64,000 nucleotides of DNA. Source: Cenarchaeum sp. (GTDB lineage: Archaea; Thermoproteota; Nitrososphaeria; Nitrososphaerales; Nitrosopumilaceae). The stretch is taken from NCBI GenBank assembly GCA_965212015.1, contig OZ243037.1, positions 224,001 through 288,000 on the forward strand. Reading direction: 5' to 3'. Below, piece after piece: positions 30,064 to 39,111 of the stretch (the stretch's first letter is position 1; every line of letters begins with the position of its first letter). The notes under the pieces are model-generated. The model made no database searches, was not told the origin of the DNA, and saw only the letters and a program-made list of their open reading frames with translations. The translations under genes and the position numbers were made by a program.

Positions 30064-30151
30064 CATTTCTGCATGGCCTGCCTGAGAGTATCTGGCGTGC
30101 CTGACTGCAAGCCGAGAAATACTCAAATAAAAAAAACCGCGCACCGTACCC

Positions 30152-31165
30152 ATGACAAAGTCGTACGGCAGGATGGATTCGACATGGAATGAGGCCAAGA
30201 TCCGCGCTATGCTTGAGGACGCATCAAACATGGCAAGAGAGCACGATGCGTCATTTTGCGTCGGCCAGAGCGGGGATGGTGACATTGTCATATCACCCGA
30301 CAAAAAAGGCCATCCGCTCTACATATTTGCATGCGGGGTGACGCCTCAAAAAACTCGCAATTATCGGAAGGACGCCTCTAGTCTGAAAGAGATTGAAAGG
30401 AAACTAGAGGAAGAGTTTTGGGATGACGCGGCGTATCATCATTATGCCATAGATGCGATGGTTCCAAGGGTGTACGAGTGTCTGGTGTATGGAATAAAAT
30501 CATACGGCGCCTTGAGGTTTCTCTCGGAGGGACGGATGCAGCTTGCACACGTGCTGGGGGATGCCAAAAAAATGACAAATAAACACGGTGTGCCGTTCAT
30601 TGTGGGCTGGAGCAAGGAAAACGGGATAATGATGGCCCCGGTATCCAGACAATCCCGGTTTGTGGAATCTCTGGCATGTATAATCAGCAAGTCAGGATAC
30701 TGGAATATCTCTGACATGCATTCATCGAGGATATTCCGCCCGGATTACTATGTTGTGGGAAAACATGAAATTGATACTCTGGATCGTCTTGACAATACGG
30801 GCGCACTGTTCATGCTGTATGAGGGCATGGCGTATGGAAACAAAAGGTACGGGGCATTTCGCGTCAATATGGGCCGGGATATGGCAATTGCACAGCTGGA
30901 AAACGCATTCGAGGATGCGGCAAAACTCTCCACGTTCCGTAAAGTGCAATTTTACGTTGGACTGAATAACCAATCCGGCATATCTGTGCAGAAGAAAAAA
31001 GAAGCGCTGTCGGGCATAATACTGTACGTATCGTTTACTGTGAATCCAAACGAGCTGTATGACGGGACCATACTGTCGTATGACGGGATAAAATCCGCTG
31101 CGCGCGATGCGTATGATGAATGTTATGATGAATTCATGAGGATGCAAAAAGCCAGTCAGAAATAA
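30152..31165 (+). CDS. Hypothetical protein made of three ~115-aa internal repeats
   Basis: 337-aa ORF with a recurring K(S/R)YG...(L/F)(E/G)DA...F.VG...I motif. Confidence 0.75.
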   Translation: MTKSYGRMDSTWNEAKIRAMLEDASNMAREHDASFCVGQSGDGDIVISPDKKGHPLYIFACGVTPQKTRNYRKDASSLKEIERKLEEEFWDDAAYHHYAIDAMVPRVYECLVYGIKSYGALRFLSEGRMQLAHVLGDAKKMTNKHGVPFIVGWSKENGIMMAPVSRQSRFVESLACIISKSGYWNISDMHSSRIFRPDYYVVGKHEIDTLDRLDNTGALFMLYEGMAYGNKRYGAFRVNMGRDMAIAQLENAFEDAAKLSTFRKVQFYVGLNNQSGISVQKKKEALSGIILYVSFTVNPNELYDGTILSYDGIKSAARDAYDECYDEFMRMQKASQK

Positions 31166-31322
31166 AGCATCCTGCCGTAGACACTAGCCATTGCCGACAC
31201 GCCCGCATCCGTCTGATATTGCCTGCTAGAAAACACGCATGTCCGGTATTTTTGATCCCGTCGTGCCGGACATGGCTAAAAAACCCAATCCTTGGTACTG
31301 ATTCATCATTACGACCCTGGGT

Positions 31323-31427
31323 CTAATCGTCCACGTCACAGTCTTTTCTGCAACAGTCACATTGTTCTAGCCTGCATTGCCATTCGATATAGCAATCACA
31401 TTCGTCACAGTCACACCATACCAGCAT
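31323..31427 (-). CDS. 34-aa Cys-rich acidic peptide (metallothionein-like candidate)
   Basis: MLVWCDCDECDCYIEWQCRLEQCDCCRKDCDVDD. TATA-like TTTAATAA about 25-30 bp upstream. Confidence 0.6.
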   Translation of the reverse strand: MLVWCDCDECDCYIEWQCRLEQCDCCRKDCDVDD

Positions 31428-31726
31428 AAAACAATAAAACCTGACAGCCTTATTAAACTTCAATCCCTGCCGTGGTGCGGGACTCGTACTACACCCATAT
31501 GCAAAACTCACGCCTAGTCGCAGCGGGGCACGACTTTGCACACGGCCGTGGCAGGATGTCGGGGGTGTAAATTTCCGCATTGTATGACTGGCATTGTCGG
31601 GCCAAAAAAGCCAAGCGGCAGAACCGGCCACGCATGAAGGCCCGCCAATACGGGCTTTCACAAAGGCAAAATCGCGCATTTGCACGGTTTTTGAATCCTG
31701 CATGCGCGTCGATATTGAAAAATAGG

Positions 31727-31800
31727 CGCCGCCCGTCAGATTTGAACTGACGGCCAACGGATTAACAGTCCGACGCTCTACCACGCTGAGCTAGGGCGGC
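31727..31800 (-). tRNA. tRNA-Asn(GTT)
   Basis: GCCGCCC acceptor stem, anticodon loop CTGTTAA, T arm GTCAG-TTCAAAT-CTGAC. Confidence 0.96.
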
Positions 31801-31843
31801 AACAGGATCGTTTGGCGCTAGAAGCGATTTAATCCTTGCGTAG

Positions 31844-32155
31844 CTAGTTGAACTGCCCGAAATAGTCCCTTATCTGGCCGGCGTACTGCTCTACAATGTC
31901 GACTATCTCGGCGTGCTCCTTTTGTGCCGGCTCCCTCTTGTGAAACACCTGAAACGCACTCAGCGCAGAGCCGACCATCTCGCCTACGAAAAACCCGCAC
32001 AGAAAATCACCCGGCCTCTCTGCCCTCCACACTTCGCCTATCCGGGGAGACGCGCCGGATTTTTTGTACAGCTGTAAGGTCTGCTCTATGAGAAAGACGG
32101 TCTGTTTTTTGAACTCTGGATCTAGGGCCATCTGCGATTCGAAGCTATTTTTCAA
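31844..32155 (-). CDS. Hypothetical protein
   Basis: 103-aa ORF overlapping the end of rpl6. Confidence 0.75.
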   Translation of the reverse strand: MKNSFESQMALDPEFKKQTVFLIEQTLQLYKKSGASPRIGEVWRAERPGDFLCGFFVGEMVGSALSAFQVFHKREPAQKEHAEIVDIVEQYAGQIRDYFGQFN

Positions 32156-32696
32156 TTCCCTTTTTCTTGTCGTATACGTAAATGCCGTCTAGAAACACAC
32201 GGTGATCCTTGTTTTTCACCTTTGTCTTTTGCTGTATGTTGGCCGCCGTCTGGGTGACGTCTGTCAGAACCGTCCCCGTCACTATGACGTCCTCGCCTTT
32301 TGCAGTCACGCTAGTCTTTCCCACAATGCTGGCAACTCGGGCCGCGCGCTCGCCCTGAAAGTTCTCGACTAGGATCTGTCCGTCCTTTGTCTTTACCGTT
32401 ATGGGAAAGTGCGCATACACTATCTTTAGCTTTATGGTGTAACCCTCCTGCACCCCCTCGAAGAGGTTCCTGATTATAGAGTGTGCCGTGTTTAGTATGG
32501 CATAGTCCTTTTTTCTCGTCCCGGTCGCCTTTAGCTTTACCTTGCCGTCTGCAACCTGCAGGTGCACCGGGATCTTTTTGAAGCTCTTGTGCGCCTTGCC
32601 GAGCTTGCCGCTTATCTTGAGCATGCTCTTGTTTAATGACGCCTCGACTCCCTCGGGAATCGCCATTTCGCGCTCTGTGTGCGTATTAGTAGACAT
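32145..32696 (-). CDS. rpl6: 50S ribosomal protein L6
   Basis: IPEGV, YAHFPI, NFQGER, KDHRVFLDGIY. Confidence 0.97.
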   Translation of the reverse strand: MSTNTHTEREMAIPEGVEASLNKSMLKISGKLGKAHKSFKKIPVHLQVADGKVKLKATGTRKKDYAILNTAHSIIRNLFEGVQEGYTIKLKIVYAHFPITVKTKDGQILVENFQGERAARVASIVGKTSVTAKGEDVIVTGTVLTDVTQTAANIQQKTKVKNKDHRVFLDGIYVYDKKKGIEK

Positions 32697-33078
32697 ATCC
32701 TATCAGCAGTCCCCCTATTCCCTTTTGCAGCGCCTCGTGGTGCGACATTACGCCCTGGTTTGTAGTCACAAGCAGCATTCCCCTGTTGTATGACGGGAGG
32801 TACTGCTGCTCCCAGTACGTGTATTCGTCCTTTTTTACCTTGAACCTGGGCGATATTGCGCCGCATTTTGTAATCTTGGCCATCAGCTTTATGTGGAATT
32901 TTCCACCGCGCTTGTCGTCGACGTGCTCAAATTCGCCGATATAGCCGTCCTTTTTTAGCGTATTGAGAACCTCGACTCCGAGGTTTGAGGTGGGGTATAC
33001 CAGGCAGTCCCTTTTTCGGCGCGTCTCGGTATTGTACAGCGTCACAAACAGGTTTGCAAGGATATTGGTGGCAGGCAT
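32686..33078 (-). CDS. rps8: 30S ribosomal protein S8
   Basis: GYIGEFEHVDDKRGGKF, CGAISPRF, TTNQGVMSH. Confidence 0.97.
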   Translation of the reverse strand: MPATNILANLFVTLYNTETRRKRDCLVYPTSNLGVEVLNTLKKDGYIGEFEHVDDKRGGKFHIKLMAKITKCGAISPRFKVKKDEYTYWEQQYLPSYNRGMLLVTTNQGVMSHHEALQKGIGGLLIGYVY

Positions 33079-33084
33079 CTTATA

Positions 33085-33264
33085 TCACCGGTGTTTCTTG
33101 AATCCCAAGGATCCTGCGACTTCTCTGAAGCATCGTCGGCATATCATGAGGTTGTACTTTTGAATTACCGCCGTATAGTCTCCGCATCTTTTGCACCACT
33201 TTGAACCCCTTCCAAAGTCGTGCTTTTTTCTTCCCGTAAACTCGTATGACCTGTTTTTTACCAT
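33085..33264 (-). CDS. rps14: 30S ribosomal protein S14 (absent from ORF track)
   Basis: Manual translation MVKNRSYEFTGRKKHDFGRGSKWCKRCG...KYNLMICRRCFREVAGSLGFKKHR. Confidence 0.95.
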   Translation of the reverse strand: MVKNRSYEFTGRKKHDFGRGSKWCKRCGDYTAVIQKYNLMICRRCFREVAGSLGFKKHR

Positions 33265-33785
33265 TATACTATCTCAACTCCAAATTCGCCGGATACAAAA
33301 TCCTTTGCCTCCGGGGCAGTTATCCTGTGGGCCTTTCCCACGCTTGCCTTGTGCTTGCTCCTGGTCCTTATGCCGTATCCTGGCCTGGTAAGCACCATTG
33401 CTACATCAAGGCCGAGGATGCCTATTGCCGGATCGTACTTTACCCCCGGAATGTCGATATGCTCGCGTATCCCGAATGAAAAATTTCCAAAGCCGTCAAA
33501 CGATCTGCCCTTTACCTGGTTTGCCTTTGCCTCAAAGAGCCGCTTTGCTAGTGCGATGGCGTCATCCCGGCGTATGGTCACCGTGACTCCGATCGGCTCG
33601 CCCTTGCGCACCCCAAAGTCCCTCTGCGTCTCTTTTGCGTTGCGCGAGCACGGCTTTTTGCCTGAGATCTGGGCCAACGCCTTTTTTGCCACCTCGATTG
33701 CGTCGCCTGACTTGCCCACTCCCATGTTGAGCACTATCTTTTCAAGTGAGATCTTTTTCATTACGTTTTGTACCTGTTGCGCCAT
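33264..33785 (-). CDS. rpl5: 50S ribosomal protein L5
   Basis: EKIVLNMGVG, FGVRKGEPIG, GNFSFGIREHIDIPG. Confidence 0.97.
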   Translation of the reverse strand: MAQQVQNVMKKISLEKIVLNMGVGKSGDAIEVAKKALAQISGKKPCSRNAKETQRDFGVRKGEPIGVTVTIRRDDAIALAKRLFEAKANQVKGRSFDGFGNFSFGIREHIDIPGVKYDPAIGILGLDVAMVLTRPGYGIRTRSKHKASVGKAHRITAPEAKDFVSGEFGVEIV

Positions 33786-33789
33786 CTTG

Positions 33790-34506
33790 TCACCTGATCT
33801 GTATTACGGGTTTGTCCTTTCCTACCGCCATTATAATGTCCGTCGGAATCTCGATTTTCCTCTGCTCTAGCTTTATTGTGGCCATCTTTGAGAGCACAAA
33901 CGTGCCGTCTCTTATCTCGACTACCGTGCCAATCTGTCCGGCGTTGATTCCCTTTGTCACTATAACTTGGGTGTCTTTTTCCAGTCTTATGGTCTGGAGT
34001 ATCTTTTGCTCTGGAACCTGTATGAGACAGGAATCCCCTATGCCTACCTTTTCCTCGCTGAACAGTGATCGCCCGTCATGCAGGCCGATCTGCGTCTTGC
34101 CGCCCTTTGTGGACACCTTGCTTGTGACCTTGCAGAGCTTTTTGGTCTTTTCTGCCGCGTCGATTTTTATCGGCTTTAGTATGGTGCCGTCATTTGGAAC
34201 CATCCTGTATATGTCGCTTACATTTGCCAGCTCTACTATATCCATCAGTCCGATTCCGTGGTGAAGTGATTTTCTTTTTACGCCGTCTACTGTGACGTTT
34301 CCAGAATAGATTGACGTCTTGGCCTCCCTCAGCGTGGTCACCTTTTTTATCGTGTCCCTCAGAAACACCGCAGACGGAATGGAGACGTGCTTTGAGTGCG
34401 CGCCGGGCCTTACCGTGATGACAAACCGCTTGTCTTTTCTCGTAATTCCCCAAAACTGCGGGGCCATCTGCCGTTTGAGCTTTTTGCTGCCTGCAATACT
34501 TACCAT
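33790..34506 (-). CDS. rps4e: 30S ribosomal protein S4e
   Basis: LKRQMAP, PGAH, GLMD, HDGR. Confidence 0.96.
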   Translation of the reverse strand: MVSIAGSKKLKRQMAPQFWGITRKDKRFVITVRPGAHSKHVSIPSAVFLRDTIKKVTTLREAKTSIYSGNVTVDGVKRKSLHHGIGLMDIVELANVSDIYRMVPNDGTILKPIKIDAAEKTKKLCKVTSKVSTKGGKTQIGLHDGRSLFSEEKVGIGDSCLIQVPEQKILQTIRLEKDTQVIVTKGINAGQIGTVVEIRDGTFVLSKMATIKLEQRKIEIPTDIIMAVGKDKPVIQIR

Positions 34507-34967
34507 TAATCGTCATCCTCCGCCGATTTCTTTGCAGGCTGATCTGGCTCACCCTTGGCAGTTTCCTTTTTCTCTGTGGACTCTTTTTCAGGGGCCTGCT
34601 CTTTTGATCCCTGCTTGAAATCCTTGCCCTCCAGCCTTGAGATTCTCCACGAATCCGACGTGTTCAGGCCGGTGACTATGACGTTGGACGTGTGGATTAG
34701 CACGTCGAACTTGTCGCCCTGACCCTTTTCCTTTTTGATTCCATCTATTGCCACGCTGCACGCCTGAGTCGAGACCCGCGAGACCTTTCCGCTGACATCC
34801 GTATACTCGCCCCGGACGACTTTGATCGTGTCGCCTTCCACAACCCTTATGCTTCTCTTGCCGTATTTTTTTTGCAGATCCTTTGAGAGCGCGCTTCCCA
34901 TCTGGTTGCTCCTAGTGCGCAGCGATGCCCGGTAGATCTGGTTGTTTCTCATCTTTGTCGGCTTCAT
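34506..34967 (-). CDS. rpl24: 50S ribosomal protein L24 with charged C-terminal tail
   Basis: [33 protein letters not shown]. Confidence 0.95.
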   Translation of the reverse strand: MKPTKMRNNQIYRASLRTRSNQMGSALSKDLQKKYGKRSIRVVEGDTIKVVRGEYTDVSGKVSRVSTQACSVAIDGIKKEKGQGDKFDVLIHTSNVIVTGLNTSDSWRISRLEGKDFKQGSKEQAPEKESTEKKETAKGEPDQPAKKSAEDDD

Positions 34968-35402
34968 CTATACCACCATCGACGCAAGATTTGCCACCCT
35001 TGGCCATTTTTCTGAAGCTTCTGCGGATACGGGACCCTTGATGTCGGTGCCCTTCATCTCGCCCTCCGGCGTTGTAAGGACGGCCGCATTGTCCTCAAAG
35101 GAGACCCTGACTCCGTTTAATCTGTGAATTGCATACTTTTGCCTGATTATTACCGCGCCGTGAACCTGCTTGCGCAGCTCCGCCGGGCCCTTTTTCACTA
35201 CAACATTTACAAAATCCCCTACCGCCGCAGCAGGCAGTCTGGATACCCTCGTCTTTGTCTTTTGCACCATGACTATCTCTAGTGTCTTGGCGCCGCTATT
35301 GTCTGCGCACACTATCTGTGCGCCGACGGGCAGTGATCTTGTGACGTACGGCCTGAACTCCTCTACGCCCTTTGCCTTTCCGCGATTCCTGCCCTGTGAC
35401 AT
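34968..35402 (-). CDS. rpl14: 50S ribosomal protein L14
   Basis: CADNSGAK, FEDNAAV, KGTDIKGPV. Confidence 0.97.
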   Translation of the reverse strand: MSQGRNRGKAKGVEEFRPYVTRSLPVGAQIVCADNSGAKTLEIVMVQKTKTRVSRLPAAAVGDFVNVVVKKGPAELRKQVHGAVIIRQKYAIHRLNGVRVSFEDNAAVLTTPEGEMKGTDIKGPVSAEASEKWPRVANLASMVV

Positions 35403-35731
35403 TATTCCTTAACCTCCACTATGACATAGGATACCGACTTTGCGATGGGACGGCATTCGGCCGCAAGCACCCTGTCGCCTTCCTTGACGTCCAGATTGGA
35501 AGGCACGTGCGCGTGAATGCTGCTCTTGCCGCGTGCGTATCTCTTGAACTTTGTAAAATAGACTGGCGATTCCCTCTCTATTACCACCGTGTTTTTGGCC
35601 TTTGCGCTGACGACGTTTCCCTCAAACAGCTTGCCTCTGATCGCAAGCGTCCCGTTAAACGGATTGTTCTTGTCGTTTTCGTCTGCGGGCCTTTTGGGCT
35701 CTGGCACTGTGAGGCCTATATTGCGGGTCAT
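35402..35731 (-). CDS. rps17: 30S ribosomal protein S17
   Basis: MTRNIGL, PFNGTLAIRG, KFKRY, ECRPIAKSVS. Confidence 0.96.
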   Translation of the reverse strand: MTRNIGLTVPEPKRPADENDKNNPFNGTLAIRGKLFEGNVVSAKAKNTVVIERESPVYFTKFKRYARGKSSIHAHVPSNLDVKEGDRVLAAECRPIAKSVSYVIVEVKE

Positions 35732-35991
35732 TTCCTTGCCAACCTCTCGTGCGGCCTGCGTGCCAGCAAGGCCCCATGAACCTCCCTGTGGGCGCCGTTC
35801 CACGAAAACCTCCACGTATTGACGTCTTTTGGGATCATTTTGGAACCTGATCCGGTGTCTATTACAAACATGTTTTTTGTTTCATTTATCACGGTTCCAT
35901 TTAATCCTATGATTTGGGGGTTGCGTGACTGCACAATCTCCGCCCTGAGGCCGATTATCTCGTGTGACGGCATGTTCTCTGGCGTGATCAT
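35728..35991 (-). CDS. rnp1: RNase P protein Rpp29/Pop4
   Basis: HEIIGL, G.VINETKNMF, RPHERL, in its conserved position. Confidence 0.93.
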   Translation of the reverse strand: MITPENMPSHEIIGLRAEIVQSRNPQIIGLNGTVINETKNMFVIDTGSGSKMIPKDVNTWRFSWNGAHREVHGALLARRPHERLARK

Positions 35992-36191
35992 TCTTCTTTT
36001 ACCTCGTTTAGCCTTGTCATAATCCTTGCAATGTCGTGTTTTAGCGGTTTAAGCTTTCCGCTGTCCTTTCTCAGGGTTCCCTTTGCAGCCTCTACTTTGA
36101 GCTTTGCTAGCTCCGAGCGTGATTCCTGGAGCTTGCCTTTTAGATCCTTTTCATTGAGGTTCCTTATCGTCTTCATGCTGATTCTGCTCAT
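35988..36191 (-). CDS. rpl29: 50S ribosomal protein L29
   Basis: [10 protein letters not shown], and position after rps3. Confidence 0.95.
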   Translation of the reverse strand: MSRISMKTIRNLNEKDLKGKLQESRSELAKLKVEAAKGTLRKDSGKLKPLKHDIARIMTRLNEVKEE

Positions 36192-37132
36192 TTTAGCTTG
36201 TTCTCCTCTTCTTCTAGCGTCTCCATGTCCTTCATCTTTTCTGCCTCGACGGCAATCTGCTCTGACTCGGTGCTGATCTTTGGCTGGCCGTTGTCGGGTG
36301 CGGAATCGGCAGTATTGTCCGGCTCAGAACCGCCCCCGCCTGCTGTGGAATCCGCAGTCTTGTCCGGCTCAGAACCGCCCCCGCCTGCTGTGGAATCCGT
36401 AGTCTTGTCCGGTGCTGAATCCTCCTTTTTGTCCGGTGCGGAATTCTTGTCTGCTGTGGAATCCATCTCTTTGCCTAGCGAGGGATCCGTCATCTCCTTG
36501 ACGTCAGTCTGCGCTGCTGCCTTTGGGACGTCCTTTGGTTTTTGGACCTTTAGCTCAAACTCTGGGACAAACTTTTCCTTTCTTGCGATTCTTATCCTTA
36601 TTCCAATCAGGCCCATTGGCGTCTTTACGTGCGCAATGTCCTCGTCCACTATCACCTCTGCGTGGTGTCCGGCCCTTGGGAGTATCCCGGCGGTGTGTTT
36701 TTCAAACGCGGATCTGTCGCCTCTGAGCTTGCCGGAGATTGTTATCTGCACGCCCATTGCATTGTTTTCCATCACCTGCTGCAGGGTCCACATGGTGGCG
36801 CGCCTAAACGCAGTTCCGCGCTCTATGTGGGATGCCATCCTGTTGCACATTACGCTCGGCGAGAGCTCCGGCTTGTCTATCTCGATTACCGTTATCTGCG
36901 GGTTTTTCAGCCCGAAATCCGTGCCAAGCTTTTCTGTGAGCTCCCTGATGCCCACGCCCTTTCTTCCGATTACTATTCCGGGTCTTGTGACGTGCAGCGC
37001 CACCTTTGTTCCGGTGGGCGTCTTTGAGATCTCGGCGTGTGAGAATCCTGCCTCCTTTATCTGATCCCGCAGATAGTCCTTGAGCAGCATCATGTTATAG
37101 TTGTCCTTGATTACGTTTTTGACAGTCGACAA
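36188..37132 (-). CDS. rps3: 30S ribosomal protein S3 with long acidic repeat tail
   Basis: [22 protein letters not shown], plus a ~115-aa low-complexity tail. Confidence 0.97.
   Translation of the reverse strand: MSTVKNVIKDNYNMMLLKDYLRDQIKEAGFSHAEISKTPTGTKVALHVTRPGIVIGRKGVGIRELTEKLGTDFGLKNPQITVIEIDKPELSPSVMCNRMASHIERGTAFRRATMWTLQQVMENNAMGVQITISGKLRGDRSAFEKHTAGILPRAGHHAEVIVDEDIAHVKTPMGLIGIRIRIARKEKFVPEFELKVQKPKDVPKAAAQTDVKEMTDPSLGKEMDSTADKNSAPDKKEDSAPDKTTDSTAGGGGSEPDKTADSTAGGGGSEPDNTADSAPDNGQPKISTESEQIAVEAEKMKDMETLEEEENKLK
36315..36404. repeat. Two 45-bp tandem repeats in the rps3 tail
   Basis: TTGTCCGGCTCAGAACCGCCCCCGCCTGCTGTGGAATCCG(C/T)AGTC twice. Confidence 0.9.
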
Positions 37133-37134
37133 TT

Positions 37135-37602
37135 CTAAACCTCCAGTGCCACGAGCTCCACGTGGGTCATTACGTTGTTGTTCGGCGTCGCCCTGCCCAT
37201 TGCGCGCGGGATGAATCTTTTTACAATAACTCCCTTGTGCACGGTGGCATTGACTATTCTCAGCCTGTCCATGTCCATTCCCTTGTATTCGGCATTGGCC
37301 TCCAGGTTGGCTAGCAGCTTTATGAACTCAGTTGCCGATTTTTCGGGATACCTTCCCGACATGACCCCCGGATCGGACCTGTGGCCGACTTGTTCCTTGA
37401 AGCGCTTGAAGGGAACCGCCCTTTTCTTCTCGATTACCGCCTGAAGAAAGTCCTTTGCCTTTTCAATGGACATTCCCTTGATTTTCACTGCAATCTCCCG
37501 CGCGTGCTTGTGGGATATCTCCTTTTCTCGCAGGGATGCGCGCACATGCCGCGTCGGATCATAACCCTGAAAAGCATAGCTGAACTGTCCCATATCCATC
37601 AC
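37135..37602 (-). CDS. rpl22: 50S ribosomal protein L22
   Basis: [22 protein letters not shown]. Confidence 0.96.
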   Translation of the reverse strand: MMDMGQFSYAFQGYDPTRHVRASLREKEISHKHAREIAVKIKGMSIEKAKDFLQAVIEKKRAVPFKRFKEQVGHRSDPGVMSGRYPEKSATEFIKLLANLEANAEYKGMDMDRLRIVNATVHKGVIVKRFIPRAMGRATPNNNVMTHVELVALEV

Positions 37603-37994
37603 TTTAGTGGCACATAGAGGCTGGATCTTGACGCGCCAACGCCGGGGGCGCCGTGTGAAACCCGCTTGTTTGTAATGACGTATTCGCCGATATAGTGTCC
37701 TATCATCTCTGTAACAATGTTTACTGCCTGAAACTCCTTTCCAGAGTACACGTTTACTGTGGCACCCACCATGTACGGCAGGACTATGAGATCCCGTATG
37801 TGCGTCTTTATGGGATTCTTGCTTTTACCCGCCTTTGCGTCCTTTATCTCCTGAATCAGCTTGCGTTTTCCGTCGGTAATCCCGCGGGTAAGTGATCGTC
37901 TCTGCCTCGAGTTAAACAGCCTGAATATGTTGTCCAGCGACATGCCCTCAAGCTCGGCCAAGGGCCTTCCCCTGTATTCAAAAATCTTGGCCAT
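37599..37994 (-). CDS. rps19: 30S ribosomal protein S19
   Basis: FEYRG, IKTHIRD, MIGHYIGEY, HGAPGVGASRSS. Confidence 0.97.
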   Translation of the reverse strand: MAKIFEYRGRPLAELEGMSLDNIFRLFNSRQRRSLTRGITDGKRKLIQEIKDAKAGKSKNPIKTHIRDLIVLPYMVGATVNVYSGKEFQAVNIVTEMIGHYIGEYVITNKRVSHGAPGVGASRSSLYVPLK

Positions 37995-38035
37995 CGCTGC
38001 TCTCCATTGGTAAGAAATTGGATTTTGTGACCATA

Positions 38036-38302
38036 TTATAGCATTCCTATCTTTGTTGCCAGATCCCTTGCTTTTTCGGTGTTTTCAAACTGTATGAACG
38101 CCTTTTTGCCGTAGATGGTTCTTGCCGTATTGATGCTCGTCGCCCTTTGGTTGTACAGTATGTCGACTGCCTCCATTATCTCCGGCTTGCTTGCCGTCCT
38201 TTCCACGATAAAGCAAACCTTGCTCTCTTTTTCCACCATCTCGAATGTCTTTTCCGTAATGTGGGGCTTTATGACGATCTTTGTGGCCTCTTCTATGTTC
38301 AT
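38036..38302 (-). CDS. rpl23: 50S ribosomal protein L23
   Basis: PHITEK, F.V...ASK.EI, KKAFI. Confidence 0.95.
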   Translation of the reverse strand: MNIEEATKIVIKPHITEKTFEMVEKESKVCFIVERTASKPEIMEAVDILYNQRATSINTARTIYGKKAFIQFENTEKARDLATKIGML

Positions 38303-39111
38303 TTGATTTTCACCATCAGTTCCAGATGCGGGGATTTTATCTTGGCGATTTCCGCTATGGCGCCCTTTGAGTATACGGTTAGCCTTATCGGATCGGATCC
38401 CGGCGCCAGATCCAGCACGCTGAGATCCCTTACGGCCCTGGCAGTGACCCCGGGAAACCCGCCTATGGCCCTTGAGATCATTTCTGCCGACTTTGTGACA
38501 AACAGCACGCTTGTGCCGATCTTTTTTGGCCTGCCCCTCAATGCGGACTTGCCCGTGCGGGGCTTTCTCCTGCGGAGCCTGTCGATATCCCCGGTGAGGT
38601 TGAGCGCGTCGAGAACCTGCTTCATCTCTTTTGCCTTGGATACCTTTTCAATGTCATCGGACACTATAATCGGAAACGACTCGATGCCGTCTATTATGTG
38701 TCCCCTTGATTCTACCAGACTTTTTGATGCAGTAGCGGCAATGGCCGAGCACAGTGCCAGCCTGTTTTCCTTCTTGTTGATGCCCTTGTGGATTTTCTTG
38801 TCCACGTTGGGGGGGTGCGCCTGTCTTCCGCCCCTGACTGATGCCACCTCGCCTGCCTCGCCGCCCCGGCCGCCACCGCCGCCCTTCATCCTGGCCACCC
38901 TTGATCTTCCGTGACCCGTTGGGGGATCTAGCGAATCCGCAGAGACGTCCATTCCAGCGGTGGGATGCGTTCCCTTTGGCTGGAACCGGTGCGTGTTGAG
39001 GTTGGTGTATACCCTGTGAATCAAGTCCTTCCGGTACGGCGTCTCAAACACCATCGGAACCTCCACTTGCGAGTCCTCCTTGCCGTCTATTGCAAGTGAC
39101 TGCACCTTCAT
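38299..39111 (-). CDS. rpl4: 50S ribosomal protein L4
   Basis: GHGRSRVAR, RGGRQAHPP, LAPG. Confidence 0.96.
   Translation of the reverse strand: MKVQSLAIDGKEDSQVEVPMVFETPYRKDLIHRVYTNLNTHRFQPKGTHPTAGMDVSADSLDPPTGHGRSRVARMKGGGGGRGGEAGEVASVRGGRQAHPPNVDKKIHKGINKKENRLALCSAIAATASKSLVESRGHIIDGIESFPIIVSDDIEKVSKAKEMKQVLDALNLTGDIDRLRRRKPRTGKSALRGRPKKIGTSVLFVTKSAEMISRAIGGFPGVTARAVRDLSVLDLAPGSDPIRLTVYSKGAIAEIAKIKSPHLELMVKIK

Noticed and set aside
31460-31720. Possible structured ncRNA next to tRNA-Asn
   Set aside because: Some GC-rich complementarity, but no recognisable SRP, RNase P or C/D-box signature. An Rfam/Infernal search would be needed.
31323-31784. 153-aa ORF
   Set aside because: It overlaps tRNA-Asn. 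Only the last 34 codons look real.
37995-38035. rpl2 missing between rpl23 and rps19, and cluster ending after rpl6
   Set aside because: Fragmented ribosomal operons are, to my knowledge, normal in Thaumarchaeota, so the genes are probably elsewhere.
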